From Candidatus Kapaibacterium sp. (lineage in GTDB: Bacteria; Bacteroidota; Ignavibacteria; Kapaibacteriales; UBA2268), in contig OY761611.1 of the NCBI GenBank assembly GCA_963664875.1, forward strand, positions 2,944,001 to 3,008,000: a stretch of 64,000 nt of DNA. The letters are read 5' to 3'. Numbering within the stretch: the first letter of the stretch is position 1; the number at the start of each line of letters is the position of its first letter. The notes under the pieces are model-generated. The model had not been told where the DNA came from. It saw only the letters and a program-made list of their open reading frames with translations, and did no database searches. The position numbers and the translations under genes are program-made. This document shows positions 53,374 through 62,516 of this stretch, piece after piece.

Positions 53374-54503
53374 ATATTCAGCACCTGGAAGATAAATGTG
53401 AAAATTGCATCTGTGAATATAATAAGGAAAACACCGGTTACCACGGAAGCTGTTGTAAATTTGCCGACACTTTCTGCACCTCCGGTTACCTGCAAGCCTC
53501 TATAACATCCAATCGTAGCAACAAGAAAACCAAATATAATTGACTTTATCAATCCGCTGACAATATCACCTATCCCGACTGCAAGCTGCAATTCATTGAG
53601 ATAGCCGGAGATGGTGATGTCTAATGTGCTTAAAGCAGCAATTAATCCACCGCCAATCCCGGCGATGTTGCAAAGCATTGTCAGCAGTGGCATTGCAAGC
53701 GTTACAGCAAGCACTCTTGGTAGCACAAGAAATGAAATTATATTATAACCCATAGAGTTAAGAGCATCGATTTCCTCTGCTACTTTCATTGTGCCGATTT
53801 CCGCAGCAAACGCTGAGCCCGACCTGCCCGCTACAAGTATTGCAACCATAAGCGGGGATAGCTCCCTAGTGATGGAAATACCCACAAGGTCAGCAATGAA
53901 TATATCGGCACCAAACTGAGCAAGTTGGACAGCTCCCTGATAGCCAGATATCAAACCGATAAGGAAAACAATCAGCACCGTAATCGGAACAGCGAACACT
54001 CCGGCTTTGGAAAAGTGATGAGGGAAATCCTTCCATCTGATTCCGGTTGGTTTAATTATCAATCTTGCCAATCCTGTAATCAGCTCGCCTAAAAACTCTA
54101 TGAAACTGTAAATATCTTTTGCTTTTTGTCTGAAATTGTCACCAATTTCAGCGACGTAGAGATAAAAGGCACTTTTGTCAGATTTTGTATCATTGACTGC
54201 TGCATTTTTTGCTCTGAGAGCATTGACAAAACTCTCAATTTTTTTACTCATGCCTCTTATTTCTAATTTGGCAGAGTTTTCCTGAGCGATAGACGTGAGC
54301 TTGTCCAAATATATCAATATGTACGAATCGAAATCATCAACAAGAGATAAATCAAGCGAAACAGCAGATAAGCCCTTAAGCAAGTGCTTAGGAGGCAGTA
54401 TCTTGTTGCTCTCATAGATAGAGACCTTGCCTTCTAATCTAATAAAAAGGATATTATCTTCCTTTTCGAATTGGACTTTGATTTTACTTGTTTTCTCTGA
54501 CAT
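53370..54503 (-). CDS. mlaE: MlaE-type ABC permease with N-terminal STAS-like domain
   Basis: RELSPL, AGRSGSAFAAEIGTMKVAEEIDAL, GGAESVG..TT.SVV. Confidence 0.88.
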   Translation of the reverse strand: MSEKTSKIKVQFEKEDNILFIRLEGKVSIYESNKILPPKHLLKGLSAVSLDLSLVDDFDSYILIYLDKLTSIAQENSAKLEIRGMSKKIESFVNALRAKNAAVNDTKSDKSAFYLYVAEIGDNFRQKAKDIYSFIEFLGELITGLARLIIKPTGIRWKDFPHHFSKAGVFAVPITVLIVFLIGLISGYQGAVQLAQFGADIFIADLVGISITRELSPLMVAILVAGRSGSAFAAEIGTMKVAEEIDALNSMGYNIISFLVLPRVLAVTLAMPLLTMLCNIAGIGGGLIAALSTLDITISGYLNELQLAVGIGDIVSGLIKSIIFGFLVATIGCYRGLQVTGGAESVGKFTTASVVTGVFLIIFTDAIFTFIFQVLNI

Positions 54504-54715
54504 AGAAACGCCTATATTTTATGTCGAAATTACGCAGACGCTAAGATTGTAAAACTCCTCATTGCTAAGATAATATAAATTTGGCAAGAGATAAAATTGT
54601 TTTAATATTTTTGTTGTCTGTTTTTTTTATATATTGCCAATTCGATATAAAACATATTTTGTATTACTTTGGCGTTCTTTGATACATGACACTCGATCTA
54701 AACGAACTGCTGCCA

Positions 54716-55291
54716 ATGAGCAAGACTAAGAAGACAAAAGGCTCGCGTCACCTTGCTCGCGTAAAAGTGCTTCAGGTATTAGTAGCTTACGATGTATGCC
54801 AAACCGAATTGTCTTTGGTTTATTCGCATATAATGAATAGAGATTTTAATCTCATAGACGATGATGAGCAAGCTGCCGAACCTGTGCAGAAAACTAACAG
54901 GATTATGCGTCCGGAAGAAGTATTTGAGTTAGACGCAGACGTTCCCATAGAATGGAAAGAAGATGAGCTGACATTTGCATATTCACTTCTCAACGAAGTG
55001 CTTAACAGACAAAAATATTTAGATGATTTGCTTAGCTCTCTTGCTGAAAACTGGGATCTTAGCCGAATCGACAAAATAGACAAGTATCTGATGCAAATGG
55101 CTGCAGTAGAATTGATGTATTTCCCTGAAATACCTCCTAAAGTCAGTATCAATGAAGCTATTGACATAGCTAAAGACTACTCCTCTGATAAAAGTAGTGT
55201 TTTCATCAACGGAGTTTTAGATGCAATGCTCAATAAACTCAAAGAAGAAAACAAACTCAATAAAGTCGGAAGAGGTCTCATAGACAAATAG
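54716..55291 (+). CDS. nusB: Transcription antitermination factor NusB (alternative start 54686)
   Basis: SRHLAR, NWDLSRI, PPKVSINEAIDIAK.YS, FINGVLD. Confidence 0.92.
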   Translation: MSKTKKTKGSRHLARVKVLQVLVAYDVCQTELSLVYSHIMNRDFNLIDDDEQAAEPVQKTNRIMRPEEVFELDADVPIEWKEDELTFAYSLLNEVLNRQKYLDDLLSSLAENWDLSRIDKIDKYLMQMAAVELMYFPEIPPKVSINEAIDIAKDYSSDKSSVFINGVLDAMLNKLKEENKLNKVGRGLIDK

Positions 55292-55310
55292 ACTATATTG
55301 ATAATTTTAT

Positions 55311-55364
55311 AAAAAAAACTCCTTCTTTTAAAGCGTCTTGCAGATAAGAAGGAGTTCTTTTTTT
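55311..55364. terminator. Bidirectional intrinsic terminator
   Basis: AACTCCTTCTT...AAGAAGGAGTT with A and T tails between nusB and the phosphatase. Confidence 0.75.
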
Positions 55365-55388
55365 GAATTTTCAGATTTGTAAGAAAGA

Positions 55389-56675
55389 TTACTTGGGATC
55401 GCGTTTGATTACCACTAAAGTTTTATCATCGTTATAAACTGTGTTAGTAGAAAAAGTCTGAACATCTTCCAGTATTTTCAAGGCAATTTCTTTAGAACTC
55501 AAATCTCCAAATTCTCTGACTTTTTGCATCAGTCTTTCTTCGCCGTAGAGGTCTCCTTCTGAGCTGTGGGCTTCGGTAATCCCGTCAGTATAAAGCACCA
55601 GTATGTCACCCGGCAACATACGGCAGTTTTCTATTTTATATTTTGAATCTTTGATAATGCCAAGCAATCCGCCTGTCGGACCTAACATTTGGTAGCTGTC
55701 AGTGCTCGGGCGGTAATGTATTGGAGCATTATGTCCTGCATTAGCATAAACTACCATTCTGTTGTGAGTCATATTCAATTCGCAATAAAACAAAGTAACG
55801 AAGTCATCATAAGGGAAGGTCTCGCATACAAGATTGTTCAGTCTGTTGAACATGTGAGACAGCTTAGGAACAAAATTCATAGCCATGCGAACAGCTCCGG
55901 TAACAAAAAGAGCCTGAATTGCTGCAGGTAAGCCTTTGCTTACAGCATCTCCTATTAGAATCCCTACACTTTCCTCTTCTGTGTCCTTGCTTTTTATATA
56001 ATCGAAGTAATCTCCACCAACAGCACTATCAGGCACGCAAACCCCGAAGATTTTGAAATCATTGAATTCGAGATAATGTTCAGGCAAAATCCCCCTTTGT
56101 ATCTCAGAAGCTCTGTCGATATCTTTTTTGATTTTAGCCTGCTCGAGCTGAGCGGAAAGGTCACGTAAAGACATCGTAGCAATTGAGCTGATTATGCTTA
56201 GTGTTTCGAAAAAGCTTTGTAGTATCTCGGGTGCATTAAAGCCCAAAACATATTTGAAAAATTTGCCGTTAGGAGTATTGATTATATTTCCTACGCCTGT
56301 TACAGAATAAACTGTGATTCCCTTTGTCTGCAGGAAAGAGTCTGTTTCTTTGTGGAGCTGAGTTTTATTATTGATTAAATCTTTGAGAATCGGGTATTCG
56401 TCCACCGGTAGAGAGTAATTCTGTGGAATTTCCTGAACATTGCCGTACTGATACTGTAAAGTATATGCCATATCGTCAGCACAAAATTCCCAAACTCTGC
56501 CGCCTACAATTTCGAAGCTCCTGTTATCCACCAGCTCCTTAATCATAGATGTAAGGAAATGGACTTCACTTTTATATTCACCTGAAGTGAATTTTTCGAT
56601 GATTTTATAGGTTTGTCTTTGAGAGTAGCTATCGCTGCTCAAACCGGGGTGATGACCTAAAGTTTTAATACTCAT
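55389..56675 (-). CDS. PP2C/SpoIIE (RsbU-like) Ser/Thr phosphatase with GAF-like N-terminus (start moved to ATG 56675)
   Basis: IQRGILP, VGGDYFD, GDAVSKG, NAGH, YTDGITE, DDKT. Confidence 0.88.
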   Translation of the reverse strand: MSIKTLGHHPGLSSDSYSQRQTYKIIEKFTSGEYKSEVHFLTSMIKELVDNRSFEIVGGRVWEFCADDMAYTLQYQYGNVQEIPQNYSLPVDEYPILKDLINNKTQLHKETDSFLQTKGITVYSVTGVGNIINTPNGKFFKYVLGFNAPEILQSFFETLSIISSIATMSLRDLSAQLEQAKIKKDIDRASEIQRGILPEHYLEFNDFKIFGVCVPDSAVGGDYFDYIKSKDTEEESVGILIGDAVSKGLPAAIQALFVTGAVRMAMNFVPKLSHMFNRLNNLVCETFPYDDFVTLFYCELNMTHNRMVVYANAGHNAPIHYRPSTDSYQMLGPTGGLLGIIKDSKYKIENCRMLPGDILVLYTDGITEAHSSEGDLYGEERLMQKVREFGDLSSKEIALKILEDVQTFSTNTVYNDDKTLVVIKRDPK

Positions 56676-56778
56676 TGTTGTTTCTATATTTTTGGAATGT
56701 ATAATAATAGCAAGAGACGAAGCAATCTGCAATCTCTTTAGATATTTTGCAGAAAATATAAAAAAAACAAAAGAAAGA

Positions 56779-57774
56779 TTATTTACTTCCTTTTGTTTTA
56801 GATTTTTTGTTGTTTCTAATAAAAACTCTGAGCAGGTTTTCTATTTCTTTGGAATTGCCATAATCACCCGTCATGAAATATGCACCGCCTGAGCTTTTGT
56901 TGCCGGAGTCCTGCTCTGTTTCGTGTTCCTGTTTGGAATACATCAAAGTAACTGCGTAAGTAATAAGAAGCGAAAATTCCAATCCCAGAGCAAAAAAGAT
57001 AATAGATGGCTGAGTCGAAGGTATAAATTTCAAACCTCGCAAGCCAATTATTATAATAAGAACTGCCGCACCTACATATACATAGCCCAAGACAGTATTG
57101 CCGTATTTTGCAGTGAAATAGAACCTTAAATAAACTTTTATGTAATCATTGAGAGAAAGAATTTTGGTGAAAATATTTTTTTCACGCCATTTCAAAGCTT
57201 TATGTAGAGTTTTTAAATCCTCAAGATGGAAGCCCCATTCCTCTTCGAAGTCGTGCATATCTCTAAGATTAGCAGTCAGTATCTCCTGAGCCAGTTCGTC
57301 CAAATGCTCGTCCGATTGGTAACCGTATTTAGCCAAAGCAATTTTATCGAGAGTATTAGCAATTTCTCTCTCAATTTTTTGTCTCATAAACCCAAACTGT
57401 TGCGGCAGTAGGGTAGATATAAATACTGAAATTACTAATCCGATAATCAATGAAGGAATCAATAAAGACAAAAGAGGATTGAACCAGTACCTAACTTCCT
57501 GAGGCGTATTGATATAAATATCTATAGCCCAGTTTGTATAATAAGAAGTTTCATGCAGCGAAGCACTACTTTCTTTGACATATTCCACATGTTCGCCTGC
57601 ATTGTAAACCTTACCGTCAAGTCCGGACTCTAATACAGCCTCTACCACAGGAAGCGAAAACAAAAAAGTAGTAATTACAGCCAAAACAAACAGAACGAAT
57701 ACAATAATCATTTGTAAAGTATTGTGCTCTGACAAATCAAAGTATTTTTTTCTTGATTGATTATTCGATTGCAT
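56779..57774 (-). CDS. Hypothetical four-TM membrane protein with GldL/PorL-like C-terminal helix pair (alternative TTG start 57804)
   Basis: Four hydrophobic segments; YVGAAVLII...ALGLEFSLL. Confidence 0.7.
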   Translation of the reverse strand: MQSNNQSRKKYFDLSEHNTLQMIIVFVLFVLAVITTFLFSLPVVEAVLESGLDGKVYNAGEHVEYVKESSASLHETSYYTNWAIDIYINTPQEVRYWFNPLLSLLIPSLIIGLVISVFISTLLPQQFGFMRQKIEREIANTLDKIALAKYGYQSDEHLDELAQEILTANLRDMHDFEEEWGFHLEDLKTLHKALKWREKNIFTKILSLNDYIKVYLRFYFTAKYGNTVLGYVYVGAAVLIIIIGLRGLKFIPSTQPSIIFFALGLEFSLLITYAVTLMYSKQEHETEQDSGNKSSGGAYFMTGDYGNSKEIENLLRVFIRNNKKSKTKGSK

Positions 57775-57862
57775 AAGCCTCTCTGTCTCTTCAAAGTCTT
57801 TCAATATAAGTCTTTATTTCTTAATTACAAATTCAATTCATTTTACTTCAATAAAAAAATAG

Positions 57863-57878
57863 AGCCAATAACGTGCCA
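57863..57878 (-). promoter_or_regulatory. Putative sigma54 promoter
   Basis: TGGCACGTTATTGGCT: perfect -24 element, GG-N10-GC spacing. Confidence 0.55.
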
Positions 57879-57991
57879 ATATACCGCATATATAATCTAA
57901 TACGCGATATATTGGCTTGTGGTTCAATTCCCGAAATAGTAAATGTCCATTTTACGGACAAGGCAATTCTCTTATTGAAGTGAATCAACTG

Positions 57992-59272
57992 TTAGATCCA
58001 ATCAGCCGGATTGGTGTACATTGATAGTATGTATATTGCTGTAAATGCAACAAAAAATAATATACCAATGAGTGCAAGTATATTTAGCCATTTCTTTGGA
58101 CGAAATTCCTGTGGAACAAGGCTGCTATTTACAAGCTTATAATTTAGTACTGCATAGATTGGGCCTGCTACAAATGAGACAAATGTAGCGATATCTATCA
58201 GGTAAGTCATGCCTGAAGTGAAAAATTCGATTATAAAAATACTTGCAACAACTAAGGCTAATGTTATGTATAGCTCGATTTTGTCAGAATCTGTTTTAGA
58301 ATTTGGAACTATATTTTTGTAGCAGGCTCCAAGGACTCTTGGATATGCATCAAATACTGTTATTGTCGTAGAAATCATTGTAATGGTTGCAATGGTTGTG
58401 ATTATCGGCAAAGTCCAGTTTCCTAAGGTTTTTGAGTACAAACCAATCAGCTGTGCTGAAAAAGCAACTCCCTGAGCAGAAAATTCTTCGCCCGTGCCGT
58501 ACATTACCAAAGCACCTAAGGCAAGAAAACAAACAGCGAGAATGGCAGTGATGATATATCCAAAATTGAAATCGAACAGAACATTTTTAATATCAGGTCG
58601 ATAGCCGAGTTGCTTAGTTTGCTCTGCTGACCATAAGGATGGCCAGACTGATACTTCAATAGGGGCAGGCATCCAACCCATCAGCGAAATAAGGAACGCA
58701 ATGCCGGCACCGCTTAGCAATTCAGGAGCTACAAAATCAGGCATTGCATTAGAACCTTTTAGCATAGCTGCTATCATAGCAAAAACTGTAGCAAAACTAA
58801 GAATAGCAACCAAATATTTAACTACTTTGTCGAGCATTTTGTATTTACCAAAGAAGAGGAGTGAAAGCGAAACTACATACAAAATGATTAACGAAAATCT
58901 CGTACTAAGTTCGATTCCTGTCAGCACTTTAACAGAATATCCGCTAATAGCAGCAGTTACTAAACTGACTGCCGCAACTGTTATAAACGAAGTGATACCC
59001 GACATGATAAAATAAGTGGTCAGAGCCCATTTACCTAATTTGCGATAACCGTCTATCATATTCTCGCCGGTCGCACCGGTCCATCTTTGAGCAAATTCGA
59101 AAAACGGATATTTGAAAAGATTTACTAAGATGACTATCACTATGAGGTTAGACCCATAAAGAGCTCCGGCACGGGTGGATTGCACCAGATGTGAGACTCC
59201 GACTGCGGCTGCAGCAAAAAGCAAGCCCGGTCCTAAAGTTTTCAGTAATGATTGTTTTGAAGACAGAGTCAT
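57992..59272 (-). CDS. NRAMP-like (APC superfamily) transporter
   Basis: LGPGLLFAAAAVGVSHLVQSTRAGA, KYPFFEF, LMGWMP; about 11 TM segments. Confidence 0.82.
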   Translation of the reverse strand: MTLSSKQSLLKTLGPGLLFAAAAVGVSHLVQSTRAGALYGSNLIVIVILVNLFKYPFFEFAQRWTGATGENMIDGYRKLGKWALTTYFIMSGITSFITVAAVSLVTAAISGYSVKVLTGIELSTRFSLIILYVVSLSLLFFGKYKMLDKVVKYLVAILSFATVFAMIAAMLKGSNAMPDFVAPELLSGAGIAFLISLMGWMPAPIEVSVWPSLWSAEQTKQLGYRPDIKNVLFDFNFGYIITAILAVCFLALGALVMYGTGEEFSAQGVAFSAQLIGLYSKTLGNWTLPIITTIATITMISTTITVFDAYPRVLGACYKNIVPNSKTDSDKIELYITLALVVASIFIIEFFTSGMTYLIDIATFVSFVAGPIYAVLNYKLVNSSLVPQEFRPKKWLNILALIGILFFVAFTAIYILSMYTNPADWI

Positions 59273-59402
59273 AATTCAAATCCAAAGCTATAAAATTAGA
59301 ATTTTGTTAAATTACAGCACAAAGCGGAATTTTACAAATTAAGTTCTCTGTATTGCAATCCGCGATTGCTTAGGAGCATTGAGTTGATAATTGGAGTAAA
59401 AC

Positions 59403-59431
59403 AAAAGTAGAGAATACTTATTATAATCTCT
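59403..59431. repeat. 29-bp direct repeat, copy 1
   Basis: AAAAGTAGAGAATACTTATTATAATCTCT, identical to 61496-61524. Confidence 0.9.
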
Positions 59432-59611
59432 CTTTGTGATGCGAAAGGTAAATGAGAAAACAAATTAGACTGTCAAATTAAAAGGCATGCATGCTGCACG
59501 ACTTTATTTTAAAAGTTTTCTAAAAAATTAGAATTTTGACTTTGCCACAGTATTATATTTATGTATGTTTGTTTGAAATAAATATTGCATGATACCAATT
59601 AAACCAAACAT

Positions 59612-60112
59612 ATGAAATCATTACTAACTTTACTTGTTATTATAATCCTCAATGTCAATCTTTTTGCAAACGAAGGATCTCCACTCAAAACTTACGACAA
59701 AGCAAAGATTGTTTTGACAGACTATAAAAGACAAATTGTACAAGACATTTCCTTATTTGAAACACATATTACTTATCAGGAACCCGTAACTGGAACTCCA
59801 AAAAGTGTACCTATCGAGGATGTTGAGATGATACTTGCAAGAACCGGAAATAGAGCACTTGAAGGAGCAATTTCAGGTGCTGGTTTAGGTTTTTTATTCG
59901 GATGGCGATATGGCCTCTCGCTTGACCGCTCAGAATATGAAAGAACAATGTTGCTTTCTACAGTAGTCTCTGCCGGAATTGGAGCAATAGTAGGATATTT
60001 TCTTGATTCTTTTGACATAGTTTATCAAAACAAAACATTTGATTTTACTTATTCTTCTGCTATTCCGACAATCCATAGTTTACCTATTTTGTCTTACACT
60101 TATAACTTTTGA
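59612..60112 (+). CDS. Hypothetical exported or membrane protein with glycine-zipper-like helices
   Basis: Signal peptide; GAISGAGLGFLFG and SAGIGAIVG. Confidence 0.7.
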   Translation: MKSLLTLLVIIILNVNLFANEGSPLKTYDKAKIVLTDYKRQIVQDISLFETHITYQEPVTGTPKSVPIEDVEMILARTGNRALEGAISGAGLGFLFGWRYGLSLDRSEYERTMLLSTVVSAGIGAIVGYFLDSFDIVYQNKTFDFTYSSAIPTIHSLPILSYTYNF

Positions 60113-60120
60113 GATTTCCA

Positions 60121-60942
60121 ATGAGAACTTCTAAAATATTAATTTGCTTGATAATTACTTTGCTGCTTAGCTCTTGTAGTTCTTATAAAATAAAAAACAA
60201 AGGATCTGAAGATGCAGTTAGAAAAATGAAAAAAATCGCTTTGCTTAACGTATTCATATTTCCACCTTTTGAAACAGAATCAATCATACTACAAACAATT
60301 TATAGTAATATTTATGAAATTCTACCGCAACTGTCACAGTTCCATGCAGATTATGCGGACACAATAGAGACCTATATGGGAGTTAAACTCCAAGAATCAG
60401 CTGGCTTAGAGGTGCTTTACGGAAAAAATCTATATTCTAAACTCACACCTCATATTTTAGATAGCCTCGGAATTAAAACATACACTACTAAACTGAAAGA
60501 TAATCAATACTTTCCGCAACTTGCTATACCTTCACATAGTTTAAACTTTTCGGATTTTTATTATAATATAGGACCAAATTTATTTGAAAATAGAGCGAGG
60601 TTTGAATCCAAAAATGTTGTCTTTTCTAAGCTCTGTGACTATCTGGAAATTGATGGAATCGTTGTAGCATATGTTCGAAGTCAAACAATCGATTATAGTG
60701 TGGTATCTGATGAAGTTCTAAGACAAATGATAGAAAAAGTCATTTTCTATAATAACAAAGGTCAAAAGATTTATACTACCATTATAGAATCTGAGAAACT
60801 ATTTGAGCAAGGAAACGATATAGTTTTTTATAAAGAAGTTATCGACCTATATTTCCCATATACAGATGCTTTTTTAAGGAATCTATTCCGCGATGAATCC
60901 TTCGATGATGTTTTGGAAGAGTATAAAACTAAAGACAAATAG
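60121..60942 (+). CDS. Hypothetical lipoprotein (start moved to ATG 60121)
   Basis: Lipobox LSSC after basic and hydrophobic N-terminus. Confidence 0.7.
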   Translation: MRTSKILICLIITLLLSSCSSYKIKNKGSEDAVRKMKKIALLNVFIFPPFETESIILQTIYSNIYEILPQLSQFHADYADTIETYMGVKLQESAGLEVLYGKNLYSKLTPHILDSLGIKTYTTKLKDNQYFPQLAIPSHSLNFSDFYYNIGPNLFENRARFESKNVVFSKLCDYLEIDGIVVAYVRSQTIDYSVVSDEVLRQMIEKVIFYNNKGQKIYTTIIESEKLFEQGNDIVFYKEVIDLYFPYTDAFLRNLFRDESFDDVLEEYKTKDK

Positions 60943-61495
60943 ACTTTTTTAGTCTTATCTCAACCACATAGATTGCCAGAACAGTTGTAAATACTCAATT
61001 TATAACATAAATCGAATTTTGACTGCCGTTGTCAAGCTGTAAATCTATGTTTAGTAAACAAATATGCTTAAAATCAACGAGTAAAAGCCTGTTGACTTTT
61101 CATGCGAATCTCATTCCTCATAGAGTTAGAATCAGACGTAATATTTTCGGTTTAACTCTATCTATAATAATAGACATTCCCGTATTATCGATATATCTCT
61201 GTGGAAGATGCCAGTAATTTATGATATGTGTAGTACCTTTATCGAGGATTAATCAGCTTTATTGTAATAAAAGTTTGCCTTATACTAAAACAGTTGAACT
61301 ACCTTGTATGCAGTATTTCAGTTGAGCTTGTATGCATGTCAAGTAGCTCTTTTCTACTTCATCTAATACCTGCTCAATTTAAAAGCTAAACTTTATTCTT
61401 TTTGAGTACGCATTATTTTGACGACGGAGTGTTTTTTTTATAATGTCATCATTTTATGTAAATACTTTTTAGTACGGGGGAATCCTTACTGAAAA

Positions 61496-61524
61496 AAAAG
61501 TAGAGAATACTTATTATAATCTCT
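61496..61524. repeat. 29-bp direct repeat, copy 2; part of the terminator hairpin of the dehydratase gene
   Basis: AAAAAGTAGAGA-N13-TCTCTACTTTTT hairpin, T8 tail on minus strand. Confidence 0.9.
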
Positions 61525-61562
61525 ACTTTTTAAAGAAGTGGGTACTATTGAATGTATTTCCC

Positions 61563-62507
61563 TTAAAACACTAACTTGCCCAGATCTACATTACCACCTG
61601 AAATGATAATCGCAATCTTTTGTCCGGCAAAAAGCTCTTTGTTTTTGAGAACAACAGCAAGAGGTACCGCCGAAGATGGCTCTATTATTATCTTCATTCT
61701 TTCCCAGACTAAGCGCATAGCGCTCTTGATTTCATCATCGTTCGCTGTGAATATCTCATCTACATTTTTAGAGATTATCTCAAAATTCAGCTTCCCGAGT
61801 GAAGTTAATAGTCCGTCGCAAATTGTGTTGGGTTTGACAGATGGTATTATTTCACCTGCTTTGAATGAACGGTATGCGTCGTCAGCTCCTTCAGGCTCGG
61901 CAGCATATACTTTTATGGAAGGATTAATGCACTTAGTAGCAATTGCAGTCCCTGAAAGTAAGCCGCCGCCACCAACAGGAGCTATCACTGCATCAAAGTC
62001 GTGTGCTTCTTCCAATATCTCCATTGCAGCAGTTCCCTGTCCGCAGATGACGTTGTAATTGTCGTAAGGGTGGATAAAAGTATGTCCTTTCTCAGCTATT
62101 ACTTTGTCAAGAGTTGACTCTCTTGCTTCCAAAGTTGGCTCACAAAAAACTATCTCAGCTCCGTATCCTGCTACTGCATCTTTTTTCACCTGAGGCGAGT
62201 TGTTTGGCATAACTATCGTAGCCGGAATCCCACGCATCTTAGCTGCTAAAGCTAACGCCTGAGCATGATTGCCTGAAGAGTGAGTTGCCACTCCCTTCGA
62301 AGCTGATTGATCATCCAAAGCAAAAACGGAATTACAGGCACCTCTAAACTTAAAAGCACCAACTTTCTGGAAATTTTCGCATTTGAAGTGAATCTCGGCC
62401 CCACTTAGCTCATTTATTGTCTTGTTAGTAAGAAGCGGAGTGCTATTAACAAAAGAAGATATACGCGCCTTGGCAGCACGTATATCTGCAAAATTTGGAA
62501 TTTTCAT
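61563..62507 (-). CDS. PLP-dependent serine/threonine dehydratase or serine racemase family
   Basis: KCENFQKVGAFKFRGA, SSGNHAQ, PVGGGGL, EPSSA, ISGGN. Confidence 0.92.
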   Translation of the reverse strand: MKIPNFADIRAAKARISSFVNSTPLLTNKTINELSGAEIHFKCENFQKVGAFKFRGACNSVFALDDQSASKGVATHSSGNHAQALALAAKMRGIPATIVMPNNSPQVKKDAVAGYGAEIVFCEPTLEARESTLDKVIAEKGHTFIHPYDNYNVICGQGTAAMEILEEAHDFDAVIAPVGGGGLLSGTAIATKCINPSIKVYAAEPEGADDAYRSFKAGEIIPSVKPNTICDGLLTSLGKLNFEIISKNVDEIFTANDDEIKSAMRLVWERMKIIIEPSSAVPLAVVLKNKELFAGQKIAIIISGGNVDLGKLVF

Positions 62508-62516
62508 TTTTAAAAC

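Noticed and set aside
59273-59460. Possible yybP-ykoY manganese riboswitch upstream of the NRAMP-like gene
   Set aside because: Conserved riboswitch motifs not found by eye, and the hairpin present is the 29-bp repeat. An Rfam scan would be decisive.
59483-59498. Sixth sigma54-like site AGGCATGCATGCTGCA
   Set aside because: GG-N10-GC spacing holds but there are too many mismatches to the consensus.
61029-61217. 62-aa ORF in the islet's non-coding tail
   Set aside because: TTG start, no ribosome-binding site, no motifs; probably chance or decayed sequence.
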